A stretch of DNA of 64,000 nt from Thermotogota bacterium. Its GTDB lineage: Bacteria > Thermotogota > Thermotogae > Petrotogales > Petrotogaceae. The notes beneath the pieces were generated by a model. That model did not search any database. It had not been told where the DNA came from and saw only the letters and a program-made list of their open reading frames with translations. The DNA lies in the NCBI GenBank assembly GCA_051748045.1, contig JBNJGY010000002.1, positions 63,701-127,700 of the forward strand, read 5' to 3'. Numbering within the stretch: position 1 is the stretch's first letter; each line of letters begins with the position of its first letter. The translations under genes and the position numbers were made by a program. Below, one piece after another: positions 28,739 to 37,788 of the stretch.

Positions 28739-29425
28739 GTGAAGTTGGTGAGAAAAGTGATTGATTTTGATTTATACTATTATAATAAATTCAAAAACAT
28801 TATAGGTCTAGATGAAGCTGGAAGAGGACCTTTAGCAGGACCAGTTTTTACAGCTGGAGTTTTTATAGATAGTCTAGATGATTTAAAATTGATATCAAAA
28901 GTTGGGTCTGACTCAAAAAGAATATCAGAAAAAGAAAGAGAAAAAAGATTTGATTTTATAATTTCCAATTTTCAATACGATATTTATTATTCAGATGAAT
29001 CTATTATAGATGAAATAAATATTTTTAAAGCGACGAATTTATCAATGATAAAAAATATAAAAAATATTAACATAAATGACCCTTTTATAATGGTTGATGG
29101 CAAGAATTTTAACTTTAATGAGAGTTTTGAATGTATCATAAAAGGAGATGAAAAGTCGCATTTGATAGGTAGTGCATCTATTCTTGCTAAGGTATCAAGA
29201 GATAAATATATGAAAAAGTTAGATGAAAAATATCCTAAATATGAGTTTGAGAGGCATAAAGGTTATCCAACTAAAAAGCATATAGAAAACATTTTAAAGA
29301 ATGGAATAATAAAAGATCACAGAATAACTTTTAATCCTATAAAAAGATTTCTTTTAGAGGATAAAATATATTATAATAGAGATGTTTTTTCTAAATATAG
29401 GTTACTTAAAATAGGTATATTATAA
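28739..29425 (+). CDS. rnhB: Ribonuclease HII
   Basis: GLDEAGRGPLAGPV, DSK, VDG, KGD, ASILAKVSRD, HKGYPT. Confidence 0.95.
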   Translation: MKLVRKVIDFDLYYYNKFKNIIGLDEAGRGPLAGPVFTAGVFIDSLDDLKLISKVGSDSKRISEKEREKRFDFIISNFQYDIYYSDESIIDEINIFKATNLSMIKNIKNININDPFIMVDGKNFNFNESFECIIKGDEKSHLIGSASILAKVSRDKYMKKLDEKYPKYEFERHKGYPTKKHIENILKNGIIKDHRITFNPIKRFLLEDKIYYNRDVFSKYRLLKIGIL

Positions 29426-29442
29426 GGAGGCATTTTTTAAAA

Positions 29443-30144
29443 GTGAATGATAATTATTCAAAAAAATTTTTAGAGTTGCTTAAAATAATGCAGACACTAC
29501 GTGGTGAGAATGGTTGTCCATGGGATAAAAAACAAACTCATAAAACCTTGAGACCTTATGTGATAGAGGAAGCATATGAAGTTGCACATACAATTGATAA
29601 GGAAGATTTAGATGAACTAACTGACGAATTAGGAGATTTGCTCTTACAGGTAATTTTTCATTCACAAATCGCAAAAGAAAATAATGAGTTTGATATTGGA
29701 GATGTTTTAGATAAAATAAATTCAAAAATGGTAAGAAGACATCCGCATGTTTTTAAAGAAGATGGAGAATATAGCTATGAAAGATGGGAAGAAATAAAAG
29801 CAAAAGAAAAGAAGAAAAAATCGTTTTCTATGATTGGAGAAATAAAAAAAAGTCAACCTTCCTTAATACAGTTAAGAAGGTTATTAGAAAATATTCAAGA
29901 AAATGGGATCAAACTTTTTAGTGATTCAGAAAAATTAAAAAAACTTTTTATAGAATCTATAAAAAACGAAGACACGGATAAAATTATATTATATTTTTAT
30001 ATATATTTTATGAACAAAGATCTAGATTTAGAAAAAGAAATTTCACAAACAACAAAAAAACTTTATAATAGTTTTACAGATTTGGAAAATAAAGAAAAAA
30101 AAGAATTATATTTTTTTGAAAAAATTATAGAAGAAAATTTTTAA
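29443..30144 (+). CDS. mazG: MazG-family nucleoside triphosphate pyrophosphohydrolase
   Basis: LR...GCPWD..QT, EEAYE, ELGDLLLQVIFH, RRHPHVF; second domain poorly conserved. Confidence 0.85.
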   Translation: MNDNYSKKFLELLKIMQTLRGENGCPWDKKQTHKTLRPYVIEEAYEVAHTIDKEDLDELTDELGDLLLQVIFHSQIAKENNEFDIGDVLDKINSKMVRRHPHVFKEDGEYSYERWEEIKAKEKKKKSFSMIGEIKKSQPSLIQLRRLLENIQENGIKLFSDSEKLKKLFIESIKNEDTDKIILYFYIYFMNKDLDLEKEISQTTKKLYNSFTDLENKEKKELYFFEKIIEENF

Positions 30145-30163
30145 TAAACAAGGAGGAAGTATT

Positions 30164-31174
30164 GTGAGAAAAATTCTATTAATATTTTTACTATTAACAA
30201 TGTCTATTTTTTTATTTTCTTTAGATGTTCAACATGAAGAACTATCTGAAGATTTATCAATGATTGTGAATGAAGATGAAATTTCTTCAGAGGTTTTTAA
30301 GGCTAAGACAGGTGTTGTTTCCTTATTGAGCACAATAAAAAATACTAATGAAGATTTTTTTCAAACTTTAACAAATACAGCTACAGGATTAGATTTATTG
30401 AATACCTACAATAAAAGAAAGGCACTTGAATTTTCTGGTAATGTTCTTTTTATTCAGTTTGTTGAAGAAAAAGGCATTGAATTGAATAGAGAAACACTAA
30501 AGGAAAGTATAAATTCTCAATTTAATAATATTTTAAATGAAAGTGAATTATCAGAAGAAGATTTATCAAATTATTTAGGATCAAAGGGTTATACATCTAA
30601 AAAGGCTTATTTAGATGAACAGTATTATAATGCTCTTTATGAGAAGGCTATTCAAAGTTATTATGAACAAAAATCAAAAGAATATGATATTACAGAAGAG
30701 GAAATTCAGAAAGAATATAATGAAAATGAGAATTTATATGTAAGACCTCCTCAAGCGGAAATATCAATTATTAGATTTTCTAACTCAGATGAAGCAAGTC
30801 TCACATATAACAAAATCAGTCAAGGTTATTATAGCTTTGAAGAAGTTTTTGAGCAAAAACAATCTGAAGGTAATTCTGATAACATTAATATTAAACTTAA
30901 TGTTCAGCAAAATGAATTTATAGATGAAGTTAAAAATAATGCTCCTGGTTATATATCAAAACCACAAGAGATAAGTGAAAATGAATGGATTCTTATTAAA
31001 ATATTAAAAAAATCTCCCGAGAAAGAGTTGGATTTAGAAGAAGCAAAAAATCAAATAATATTTAACCTAAGAGATAAAAAGGCTAAAGATTATTTTGATA
31101 AAATATTACCAGAAGAGTTTGAAGAATTTAAAAATAATTCAACTCTTATTCTAAATAAGAGTTTATTCTATTAA
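30164..31174 (+). CDS. Exported SurA/PrsA-like foldase (parvulin-type PPIase domain)
   Basis: Signal peptide; IT.EEIQ..YNEN...Y; G.ISKP.....W..IK; LEEAK..I pattern. Confidence 0.7.
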   Translation: MRKILLIFLLLTMSIFLFSLDVQHEELSEDLSMIVNEDEISSEVFKAKTGVVSLLSTIKNTNEDFFQTLTNTATGLDLLNTYNKRKALEFSGNVLFIQFVEEKGIELNRETLKESINSQFNNILNESELSEEDLSNYLGSKGYTSKKAYLDEQYYNALYEKAIQSYYEQKSKEYDITEEEIQKEYNENENLYVRPPQAEISIIRFSNSDEASLTYNKISQGYYSFEEVFEQKQSEGNSDNINIKLNVQQNEFIDEVKNNAPGYISKPQEISENEWILIKILKKSPEKELDLEEAKNQIIFNLRDKKAKDYFDKILPEEFEEFKNNSTLILNKSLFY

Positions 31175-31187
31175 GGAGGTTTTTTGA

Positions 31188-31493
31188 ATGCCAAAGGTAA
31201 CAGAAGAACAAGTTATAAAAGCTCTAGAAAATGTTTACGATATGGAAATAGGATTTGATGTTGTTTCATTAGGCCTAATATATAACGTTGATATAGATGA
31301 TAATAATAACGTTCATGTTGATATGACTTTAACAACACCAATGTGTCCTTTAGCTGGGATGATGGTTGAAGATGCAAAAAGCAAGGTAAGCCAAGTAGAA
31401 GGTATAAATGAAGTAGATGTTGAACTAACTTTTGATCCTCCATGGGATCCTTCTAAAGCAAGTGAAGAAGTTAGAAGATTATTAGGGATATAA
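31188..31493 (+). CDS. DUF59/SufT-like metal-sulfur cluster assembly factor
   Basis: V.D.EI..DVV.LGLIY, MTLTTPMCP, LTFDPPW. Confidence 0.92.
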   Translation: MPKVTEEQVIKALENVYDMEIGFDVVSLGLIYNVDIDDNNNVHVDMTLTTPMCPLAGMMVEDAKSKVSQVEGINEVDVELTFDPPWDPSKASEEVRRLLGI

Positions 31494-32290
31494 TGAACTC
31501 AATAGAATATATAAATAAAATTAGAAGGGATTATAACATTCCTTCTAATTTTATTTTAAAAACAATTTCTAATTATTTGTCTAAAGATTTTTTAGATATA
31601 AAATATAATAAATATGATTTATTGGAAAAAGATGTTATTTTATTAAATAAAGTTTTAATAGATGATTTTCCAATTGAATATGCTATAAATAAAACAAACT
31701 TTTTGGGTCATGAGTTTTATGTAGATGAAAATGTTTTAATTCCAAGAACAGAAACAGAAGATCTGGTTTTAATTTCTGAAAGAATAATTAAACAAAAAGA
31801 ATTTAAAAATATTTTAGATTTAGCAACTGGTAGTGGAGTCATTGGGATATCATTAAAACTCAGAAACCCTAGCCTAAATGTTCATATTTCAGATATATCA
31901 CAAAAGGCATTAAAAGTAGCAATAAAGAATTTTCAAAAATATAATTTAATTATTAATCATTATAAAGCTAATATATTAGAAGGCTTAGAACATTTAATTT
32001 ATAAAATAGATTTTTTCGTTTGTAATCCACCATATGTAGAAAGAAAAAAAGAGTTTTTGAATTCTTCTATTAGATATGAGCCTGAAATAGCTCTTTATGC
32101 TGGCGAAGAAGGTCAAGACTTTTTTAAAGAATTTGTAAAATTTAAAGATATACTAATTAACAAAACAATGATATTTGAAACAACTGAATTTAATTATGAG
32201 AAAACTTCAAGAATTTTATCAGAATTGGGTAAAATAGAAATTATAAAAGATTCTTTTGGTAAAAATAGATTTATTTTAGTCAAAACTTAA
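31493..32290 (+). CDS. prmC: Release factor glutamine methyltransferase
   Basis: P..Y, VLIPR.ETE, DLATGSG, NPPY, EP..AL. Confidence 0.88.
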   Translation: MNSIEYINKIRRDYNIPSNFILKTISNYLSKDFLDIKYNKYDLLEKDVILLNKVLIDDFPIEYAINKTNFLGHEFYVDENVLIPRTETEDLVLISERIIKQKEFKNILDLATGSGVIGISLKLRNPSLNVHISDISQKALKVAIKNFQKYNLIINHYKANILEGLEHLIYKIDFFVCNPPYVERKKEFLNSSIRYEPEIALYAGEEGQDFFKEFVKFKDILINKTMIFETTEFNYEKTSRILSELGKIEIIKDSFGKNRFILVKT

Positions 32291-33576
32291 ATAGGTTTTT
32301 TTATATTGAAATGGTTATGATAATCAGGAGCAGGAGAAATAAATGATGCTATAAATCCTAATATTGGGAAAATCATCATCAAAAGCATAATTTGTGTATA
32401 TCCATTGAAAATATCAAAAGCAAACCCAAAAGGAAGAGGACCTAATGAAGAACCTATTACCATTGTAGTCATAGCTACTCCTCTTATACTACCCAAATGC
32501 TTTCTTCCGAAATAATTAGGCCATAATACCCCTGTACTAACAGAATCAAAAGCCATAAATATTCCATGAGAAAGTGAATAAAATAATAAAATCATTTGAG
32601 ATTCACTAAAAGTTATGATAATCATTGCTATTAATAAAAAAAGATAATTAAAAGCTTTCACGATATTTATTTTAAATTTATCTGATATATATCCTGCTAG
32701 AAAAGTGAAAGGGAATTGTATCATAGCAGCTAAACTCAAAAGAAAAGCAGCATATGTTGAACTGAATCCTTTTTCTTGTATAATTGAAACAATATGAAAA
32801 GTAATTCCTGTATTAATCATAGAAGGAATAATCATACAAAATAACATGAACCAAAAGACTCTTGTTTTCATAGATTCTTTCAAAGTCCAAGAGTGTTCAT
32901 CTTTAAAATCATCAGTTTTTTTCTCTTTTAATTTTTTTAGTTTTTGTTTTGAATGCATATTATCTGGTAGATAACCAACATTTTCAGGTTTATTTCTGAT
33001 TAAAAACCAACCTAATGGTGCCATTAATACTATTAACAATATACTCCAAAATCTCCAAGTAAAATTAGCTCCAGAAGTTAATATAAGTTGATTGTTTAGA
33101 GAAGGTATCAAAGCTGAACCAATTACTCCTCCTAAACCCATTAACGATAAAGCAAGTCCTCTTCTTTTAATAAACCATTGAGGTATTAATGTTTGAGGTA
33201 ATAAGGTCATAGAACCTTGCCCAAATAATCTTAAAAAGAAAAATCCAATAACTAACATTATTGGATTAAAAACAAAACTCATCCATAAACTTGTTAAACC
33301 TAATGCAGATGCTATAATTACCACCATAGTTCTATGCCCTTTTTTGTCTATCAATCTACCTATAAAAGGTAAAACAAATCCAGCAGCTAGTGTAGCTGAA
33401 GAATAAAACGTAGAAATTAGAGACCTGCTCCAACCAAACTTTTCAATATAATAGTTTATAAAAATAGATACGCTGAATGTTTGACCAGGACCTGAAAAAA
33501 ACAATCCCATACCACCAATAAAAACAATAAACCATCCATAAAAAAATGGAGTTTTTAAAATAAACTTATTTTTCAT
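32287..33576 (-). CDS. MFS transporter
   Basis: ~12 TM segments, GRLIDKKG MFS motif, YFGRKHLGSI; ATG 33576 after GGAGG. Confidence 0.9.
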   Translation of the reverse strand: MKNKFILKTPFFYGWFIVFIGGMGLFFSGPGQTFSVSIFINYYIEKFGWSRSLISTFYSSATLAAGFVLPFIGRLIDKKGHRTMVVIIASALGLTSLWMSFVFNPIMLVIGFFFLRLFGQGSMTLLPQTLIPQWFIKRRGLALSLMGLGGVIGSALIPSLNNQLILTSGANFTWRFWSILLIVLMAPLGWFLIRNKPENVGYLPDNMHSKQKLKKLKEKKTDDFKDEHSWTLKESMKTRVFWFMLFCMIIPSMINTGITFHIVSIIQEKGFSSTYAAFLLSLAAMIQFPFTFLAGYISDKFKINIVKAFNYLFLLIAMIIITFSESQMILLFYSLSHGIFMAFDSVSTGVLWPNYFGRKHLGSIRGVAMTTMVIGSSLGPLPFGFAFDIFNGYTQIMLLMMIFPILGFIASFISPAPDYHNHFNIKKPI

Positions 33577-33599
33577 AAAAACCTCCCATAGCATATTAA

Positions 33600-33633
33600 A
33601 AAAATATTTACAGAATAAACTGTAAATATTTTT
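33600..33633 (-). terminator. Intrinsic terminator
   Basis: AAAAATATTTACAG-AATAAA-CTGTAAATATTTTT. Confidence 0.65.
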
Positions 33634-34228
33634 ATTTGTTATATAAATTTTTAACTAGAATGACTTCTCCAATACCAATTTTCATATTTTTTGCTATTTC
33701 ATCTGGAGTTTTTCCTTGGTTCAACAGTCTTCTAATTTTTTCTGTTTTTGTTTCTTCTTTTTTTGAAAACAATTCTTGGGTCTCAGGGCTTTCTTGATCA
33801 AGAATTTCCTCATTTTCATTTTTTGTGATATTTTCTTCTTCATCAATCTTTTCTATAAATTCTACTTTTTCAGGAATATTCTCTTTATTTTTTTTGTTAT
33901 TTTTTGATACATTGTAATTTATGTTCATTTTTTGAATATTATTTATTTTATCTTCGATTGCATTTAGTTGTGAATAAGCGTTATCAATTGAACTTTCTAA
34001 ATCATGTAAAACATCATCGGCAATTTTTATTTTATTATCAAGCAATCTCATTTTATCAGTAGTAATTTTTCTAAATTTAGTCATTATATTTGTAGTATCT
34101 TCATCAATATTTAATAATTTCTCATCTTGTATATCGTTAGTTTTTTTTGCAATTTTAATCATATAAATTAGATTAATCAAACCAATAAAAATTGCTAAAA
34201 TTGATATGATTATAAATGGCAAGGTCAT
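33632..34228 (-). CDS. Membrane-anchored coiled-coil protein with C-terminal HTH-like motif (DUF6115-like)
   Basis: N-terminal TM; C-terminal G....EIAK.M.IG.GEV.L. Confidence 0.65.
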   Translation of the reverse strand: MTLPFIIISILAIFIGLINLIYMIKIAKKTNDIQDEKLLNIDEDTTNIMTKFRKITTDKMRLLDNKIKIADDVLHDLESSIDNAYSQLNAIEDKINNIQKMNINYNVSKNNKKNKENIPEKVEFIEKIDEEENITKNENEEILDQESPETQELFSKKEETKTEKIRRLLNQGKTPDEIAKNMKIGIGEVILVKNLYNK

Positions 34229-34241
34229 TTTAAAATCCCCT

Positions 34242-34850
34242 TTAGTAAGTTATATCAAACACAATTCTTGGGAAGTCAATTTGTTCTTCTTGTTCATAAA
34301 TAACAAAATTTTCTCCTCGTTGAGATGGTTGAGGCACTATAGAACGTATTGTCCAATTTTCAGGATATTCAATAACAATACTATCTTTAACATTTAAAGG
34401 TTGACCAGGTAGAGAAAATTCTATTGTAGAACTATTTAATCTTTCAGTGAATCCCATAACTGTAACGGTTTCTTCTATAGATAAATTTGGATTTGCAGTT
34501 GACATAGTGGACTCATAAGATATGACTTCAAATTCTCTATTTACATTTTGCATTATTTCAGAAAAATTATCTACATATGCTTCCTCTTTTTCTTGATCAG
34601 GAGTGTTAAAGTTATCAATTAATTTATCAAAAGAATTTTCATCTTCTGCTTTCATAGTTATGTTTGTATTAATAGCTACAGATTGATCATCGTTAATTTG
34701 GAATATCGTGTTTGAGCTTTGAATATCATATTTAGCTCTTAAAGAATTTGCCATAAAGAATTGAAATATCGTCAATCCTCCTAAAAATATCAGTGTGATA
34801 AGAATAAAATTTGAATTAGTTTTTCTTTTTGGTCCTTTGTTTTCTGGCAT
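34242..34850 (-). CDS. Membrane-anchored hypothetical protein (DUF4897-like)
   Basis: N-terminal TM; P..W.I.S..PQP motif; ATG 34850 after GAGGAGG. Confidence 0.55.
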   Translation of the reverse strand: MPENKGPKRKTNSNFILITLIFLGGLTIFQFFMANSLRAKYDIQSSNTIFQINDDQSVAINTNITMKAEDENSFDKLIDNFNTPDQEKEEAYVDNFSEIMQNVNREFEVISYESTMSTANPNLSIEETVTVMGFTERLNSSTIEFSLPGQPLNVKDSIVIEYPENWTIRSIVPQPSQRGENFVIYEQEEQIDFPRIVFDITY

Positions 34851-34969
34851 TAAAATCCTCCTCAAAATTATGATTATATTAATTCTATGATATTATACCA
34901 TATAAGATAAAAAATGTGATAGAATATTCATTGATAGCAGTTTACAATATTTCGTATAGGGGGATTCGT

Positions 34970-35635
34970 ATGGAAATACAAGAAAATTCAATGATGATAT
35001 CATTTGACCTGTTTTCCGGGCCATTTGAAAAGCTTGTTGAACTCATAAAAGAAAAGGAAATTCCCATAAGGAGTATACCACTAGCAAATATATGTAAAAT
35101 ATTCAATAAATATATGCATGAAAATTTAGAAAAACTTAATAATATTTCTGAATACATGCATTTATCAGGCTATCTAACTTATTTAAAGTCAAAAGATCTT
35201 TTACCTAACTCAGATAAAAGTCAAAAGTTTAAAAGAGAGAAAAATATGTTTTACTCTTTAGTAGAAGATTTTGATCTTATTAAAAAGACTAAAAAAATTA
35301 TAAAAAATGATTTTGGCACACCTTCAAAAAAATATGTTAGGATAAAAAATCATGCTGATTTTAATAAAGAAAAAGTTCAAGACCAACTAGATATTTTTTT
35401 GAAAGATTTTATAAATGAACATAAAACTTTGGAAATTATAAAAGAATTATATTCTGTAGAAGAAGCTATGCAGAGGATTAATGAAGAAAAACAATTCGAT
35501 TTATTAAAACTGTATACAATTTCTCAAAAGAATAAATTAAAATTTATAGTTATGTTTTTAGCCGCGTTAACTTTAGTTAGAAATGATATGTATGTATATG
35601 AGAATGGTTATTTTATAAGGAATGTGGAGGAATAA
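34970..35635 (+). CDS. scpA: Segregation and condensation protein A (divergent)
   Basis: FSGPFE.LV.LI, L.YLKS..LLP, FLAAL.L; adjacent to scpB-rluB. Confidence 0.75.
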   Translation: MEIQENSMMISFDLFSGPFEKLVELIKEKEIPIRSIPLANICKIFNKYMHENLEKLNNISEYMHLSGYLTYLKSKDLLPNSDKSQKFKREKNMFYSLVEDFDLIKKTKKIIKNDFGTPSKKYVRIKNHADFNKEKVQDQLDIFLKDFINEHKTLEIIKELYSVEEAMQRINEEKQFDLLKLYTISQKNKLKFIVMFLAALTLVRNDMYVYENGYFIRNVEE

Positions 35636-35637
35636 AG

Positions 35638-36183
35638 ATGGATATGAAATTTCAAATTGTTGAAGCTTTAATTCTTTCTAAAAATAATGGAATTAGTTTG
35701 AATGAAATAATAAAAAGAACAAATTATGAAGAAGATGAAATAAAAAAAATAATCAATGAGATTCAACTACATTATATAAATGAAGAACACGGAATTGAAT
35801 TAGGGAGATTTCAAAATAAATTTAGATTTGAAATAAAAACCGAAATAAAAAAACTAATTACTGCAAAACCTAAAAAAATGGAATTAACAGATACTCAATT
35901 TGAAGTATTGACTATTTTATTTTTAAATGGAGCGTCAAGAGGAGTTGAAATAGAAAAATCAAGAGGAAAGAACTCATATTCTCAAATAAAAAAACTTAGA
36001 GAATACGGATTAGTTAAAAAAGTAAAAAGAAAAAATACTCAGAATAGCTATTTGTATGATTTATCCGATAAATTTTATGAATGGATACCTGAAACAACTT
36101 TGAAGAAATTGGAGGAAATTAAGAATGCTAACAGTACAGAAAGCACTACAGACATTGGGGATGAGCAGAAGGAAAGCAGCTGA
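35638..36183 (+). CDS. scpB: Segregation and condensation protein B (divergent)
   Basis: VEALI, GIEL, LT..Q.EVL.I, IE..RG. Confidence 0.75.
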   Translation: MDMKFQIVEALILSKNNGISLNEIIKRTNYEEDEIKKIINEIQLHYINEEHGIELGRFQNKFRFEIKTEIKKLITAKPKKMELTDTQFEVLTILFLNGASRGVEIEKSRGKNSYSQIKKLREYGLVKKVKRKNTQNSYLYDLSDKFYEWIPETTLKKLEEIKNANSTESTTDIGDEQKESS

Positions 36184-36865
36184 TTATATAAAAGATAAAG
36201 GTGTAAAAGTAAATGGAAAACTTGTAAAAGAACCTTGGTTTGAAATAGAATATGGTGATGATTTAGAATTTGATGGGCTAAAACATAAATTTGAAAAAAT
36301 AAAAGAAAAAAAAGAAGATAAGGTTTATTATTTGTTGAATAAACCAAAAGAAGTTTTGTGTGCTATGGAAGATCCATTTGGGAGAAAAACAATAAAAGAT
36401 ATGATAAAAAATAAAATTCGAGAAAAAAATGTTTTTCATGTTGGAAGACTTGACTATAATACATCAGGGATAATATTATTGACAAATGATGGTGATTTAG
36501 CAAATTACTTGCTTCATCCAAAATACAAAGTTGAGAAAATATACGATGTATTAGTAATGGGACATCCAAAAAAAGAAGAGTTAAAACAATTAGAAAGTGG
36601 CATTGAAATAGAAGGTGGAGTTAAAACTCAACCAGCAAAAATAGAAAAAGTAAAGAAAAAAGGTAATAATCATCAAGTTGTCATTAAAATTACTGAAGGT
36701 AGAAAAAGACAAGTAAGACTTATGTTTAAAGCTTTAGGATATACTGTTCTGAACTTAAAAAGATTGGCTTTTGGCCCATGGGAAATAAAAAGAGTGCCCA
36801 AAGAAGGAGATATTGTAAAATTAGATAATTTTGAAGTAAATAAACTTTTTAAAAAATTAAAATAA
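36125..36865 (+). CDS. rluB: 23S rRNA pseudouridine synthase (RluB/RsuA family)
   Basis: S4 domain SRRKA..I..G.V.VNG; NKP; GRLD..TSG..LLTNDG; EGRKRQVR.M. Confidence 0.88.
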   Translation: MLTVQKALQTLGMSRRKAADYIKDKGVKVNGKLVKEPWFEIEYGDDLEFDGLKHKFEKIKEKKEDKVYYLLNKPKEVLCAMEDPFGRKTIKDMIKNKIREKNVFHVGRLDYNTSGIILLTNDGDLANYLLHPKYKVEKIYDVLVMGHPKKEELKQLESGIEIEGGVKTQPAKIEKVKKKGNNHQVVIKITEGRKRQVRLMFKALGYTVLNLKRLAFGPWEIKRVPKEGDIVKLDNFEVNKLFKKLK

Positions 36866-36890
36866 AAAAAGGGGCGATTTTACTCGCCCC
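36864..36890 (-). terminator. Intrinsic terminator oriented for the minus strand
   Basis: GGGGCGA-GTAAAA-TCGCCCC-TTTTTTT on minus strand; no T tail on plus strand. Confidence 0.8.
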
Positions 36891-36937
36891 AGGTGGATGG
36901 GCCGAAAATATTTTCATATTTTCGGGGGGATGGGTAC
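36864..36937 (-). ncRNA. Candidate small regulatory RNA (~72 nt)
   Basis: Own promoter, GAAA-capped 10-bp hairpin, two CCCATCC motifs, GC-rich terminator with T7 tail. Confidence 0.6.
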
Positions 36938-36941
36938 TTTT

Positions 36942-36970
36942 ATTATAACTCACAATTATTAAATAATCAA
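36942..36970 (-). promoter_or_regulatory. Sigma70 promoter of candidate sRNA
   Basis: Minus strand TTGATT-17 nt-TATAAT. Confidence 0.7.
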
Positions 36971-37025
36971 CAATTTTTATTTAATAAAAGTTTCAAAATA
37001 ACGTTTAATGTTAAGGAGACTTAGT

Positions 37026-37784
37026 ATGTTTAAAGATGCAGAAAGAATAGTAAAAAACGCAGGAACTATACTAATTGATAATTTGAACAAAAATTATAAT
37101 ACTTATTCAAAAAAAAATAAGCATGACATAGTTACAGAAATAGATATGAAAATACAAGATTATTTAAAAGAGAATTTATCAAAATTAGATTCTACCTCAG
37201 GATTTTTAGCAGAAGAAAGAGGGCTAACAGATAAGCCTAAAGAAAAAAACTATTGGGCTATAGACCCTATAGATGGAACTGTAAATTTTTCAAGAGGATT
37301 TCCTGAAAATTGTATTTCTGTTGCTTATTTACAAGATAATATTCCTGTTTTTGGGATGATTTATTCACCTCAAATGTCTATTAGTTTTACATGTTCAAAA
37401 AATAATGGTCTTTTCATAAATGGGAAAAAACAAATACCGAAATGGTCTGAAACTATAAACGACGCGATGATTACTATAGGCGCTAATAAGAAAGAAATGA
37501 ACAAATTTATAAACGTTTTATCTGAAAAAGTCATGCGTATTAGATTAATTGGATCCGCTGCAATTATGGGAGCTTATGTAGCTTCTGGTTATGCTGATGC
37601 CTTTATTTTTTCCAAATCAAACCCTTGGGATATAGCTGCTGCTTATAGTATGATAAAAGAAACAGGTGGAGAGGTTATTGATTTTCAAGGAAATGATGTT
37701 GATATTTTTTCAAAAAGAATAATTTTTACCTCAAAATATATTAAAAAAGATATCTTACAATTACTAAAAAACATGGAGGAGTGA
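37026..37784 (+). CDS. suhB: Inositol monophosphatase family protein
   Basis: VT.ID, AEE, W.IDPIDGTVNF, GSAA, WDIAA. Confidence 0.88.
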   Translation: MFKDAERIVKNAGTILIDNLNKNYNTYSKKNKHDIVTEIDMKIQDYLKENLSKLDSTSGFLAEERGLTDKPKEKNYWAIDPIDGTVNFSRGFPENCISVAYLQDNIPVFGMIYSPQMSISFTCSKNNGLFINGKKQIPKWSETINDAMITIGANKKEMNKFINVLSEKVMRIRLIGSAAIMGAYVASGYADAFIFSKSNPWDIAAAYSMIKETGGEVIDFQGNDVDIFSKRIIFTSKYIKKDILQLLKNMEE

Positions 37785-37788
37785 TTAA

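Noticed and set aside
36125-36183. 59-nt scpB/rluB overlap as programmed frameshift
   Set aside because: rluB has its own GGAGG RBS and ATG; ordinary overlap
36864-36937. SRP RNA, 6S RNA, tRNA or CsrB-like identity for the intergenic RNA
   Set aside because: Lacks SRP helix-8 motif and cloverleaf, too short for 6S; GGA motifs lie on the strand without promoter/terminator polarity
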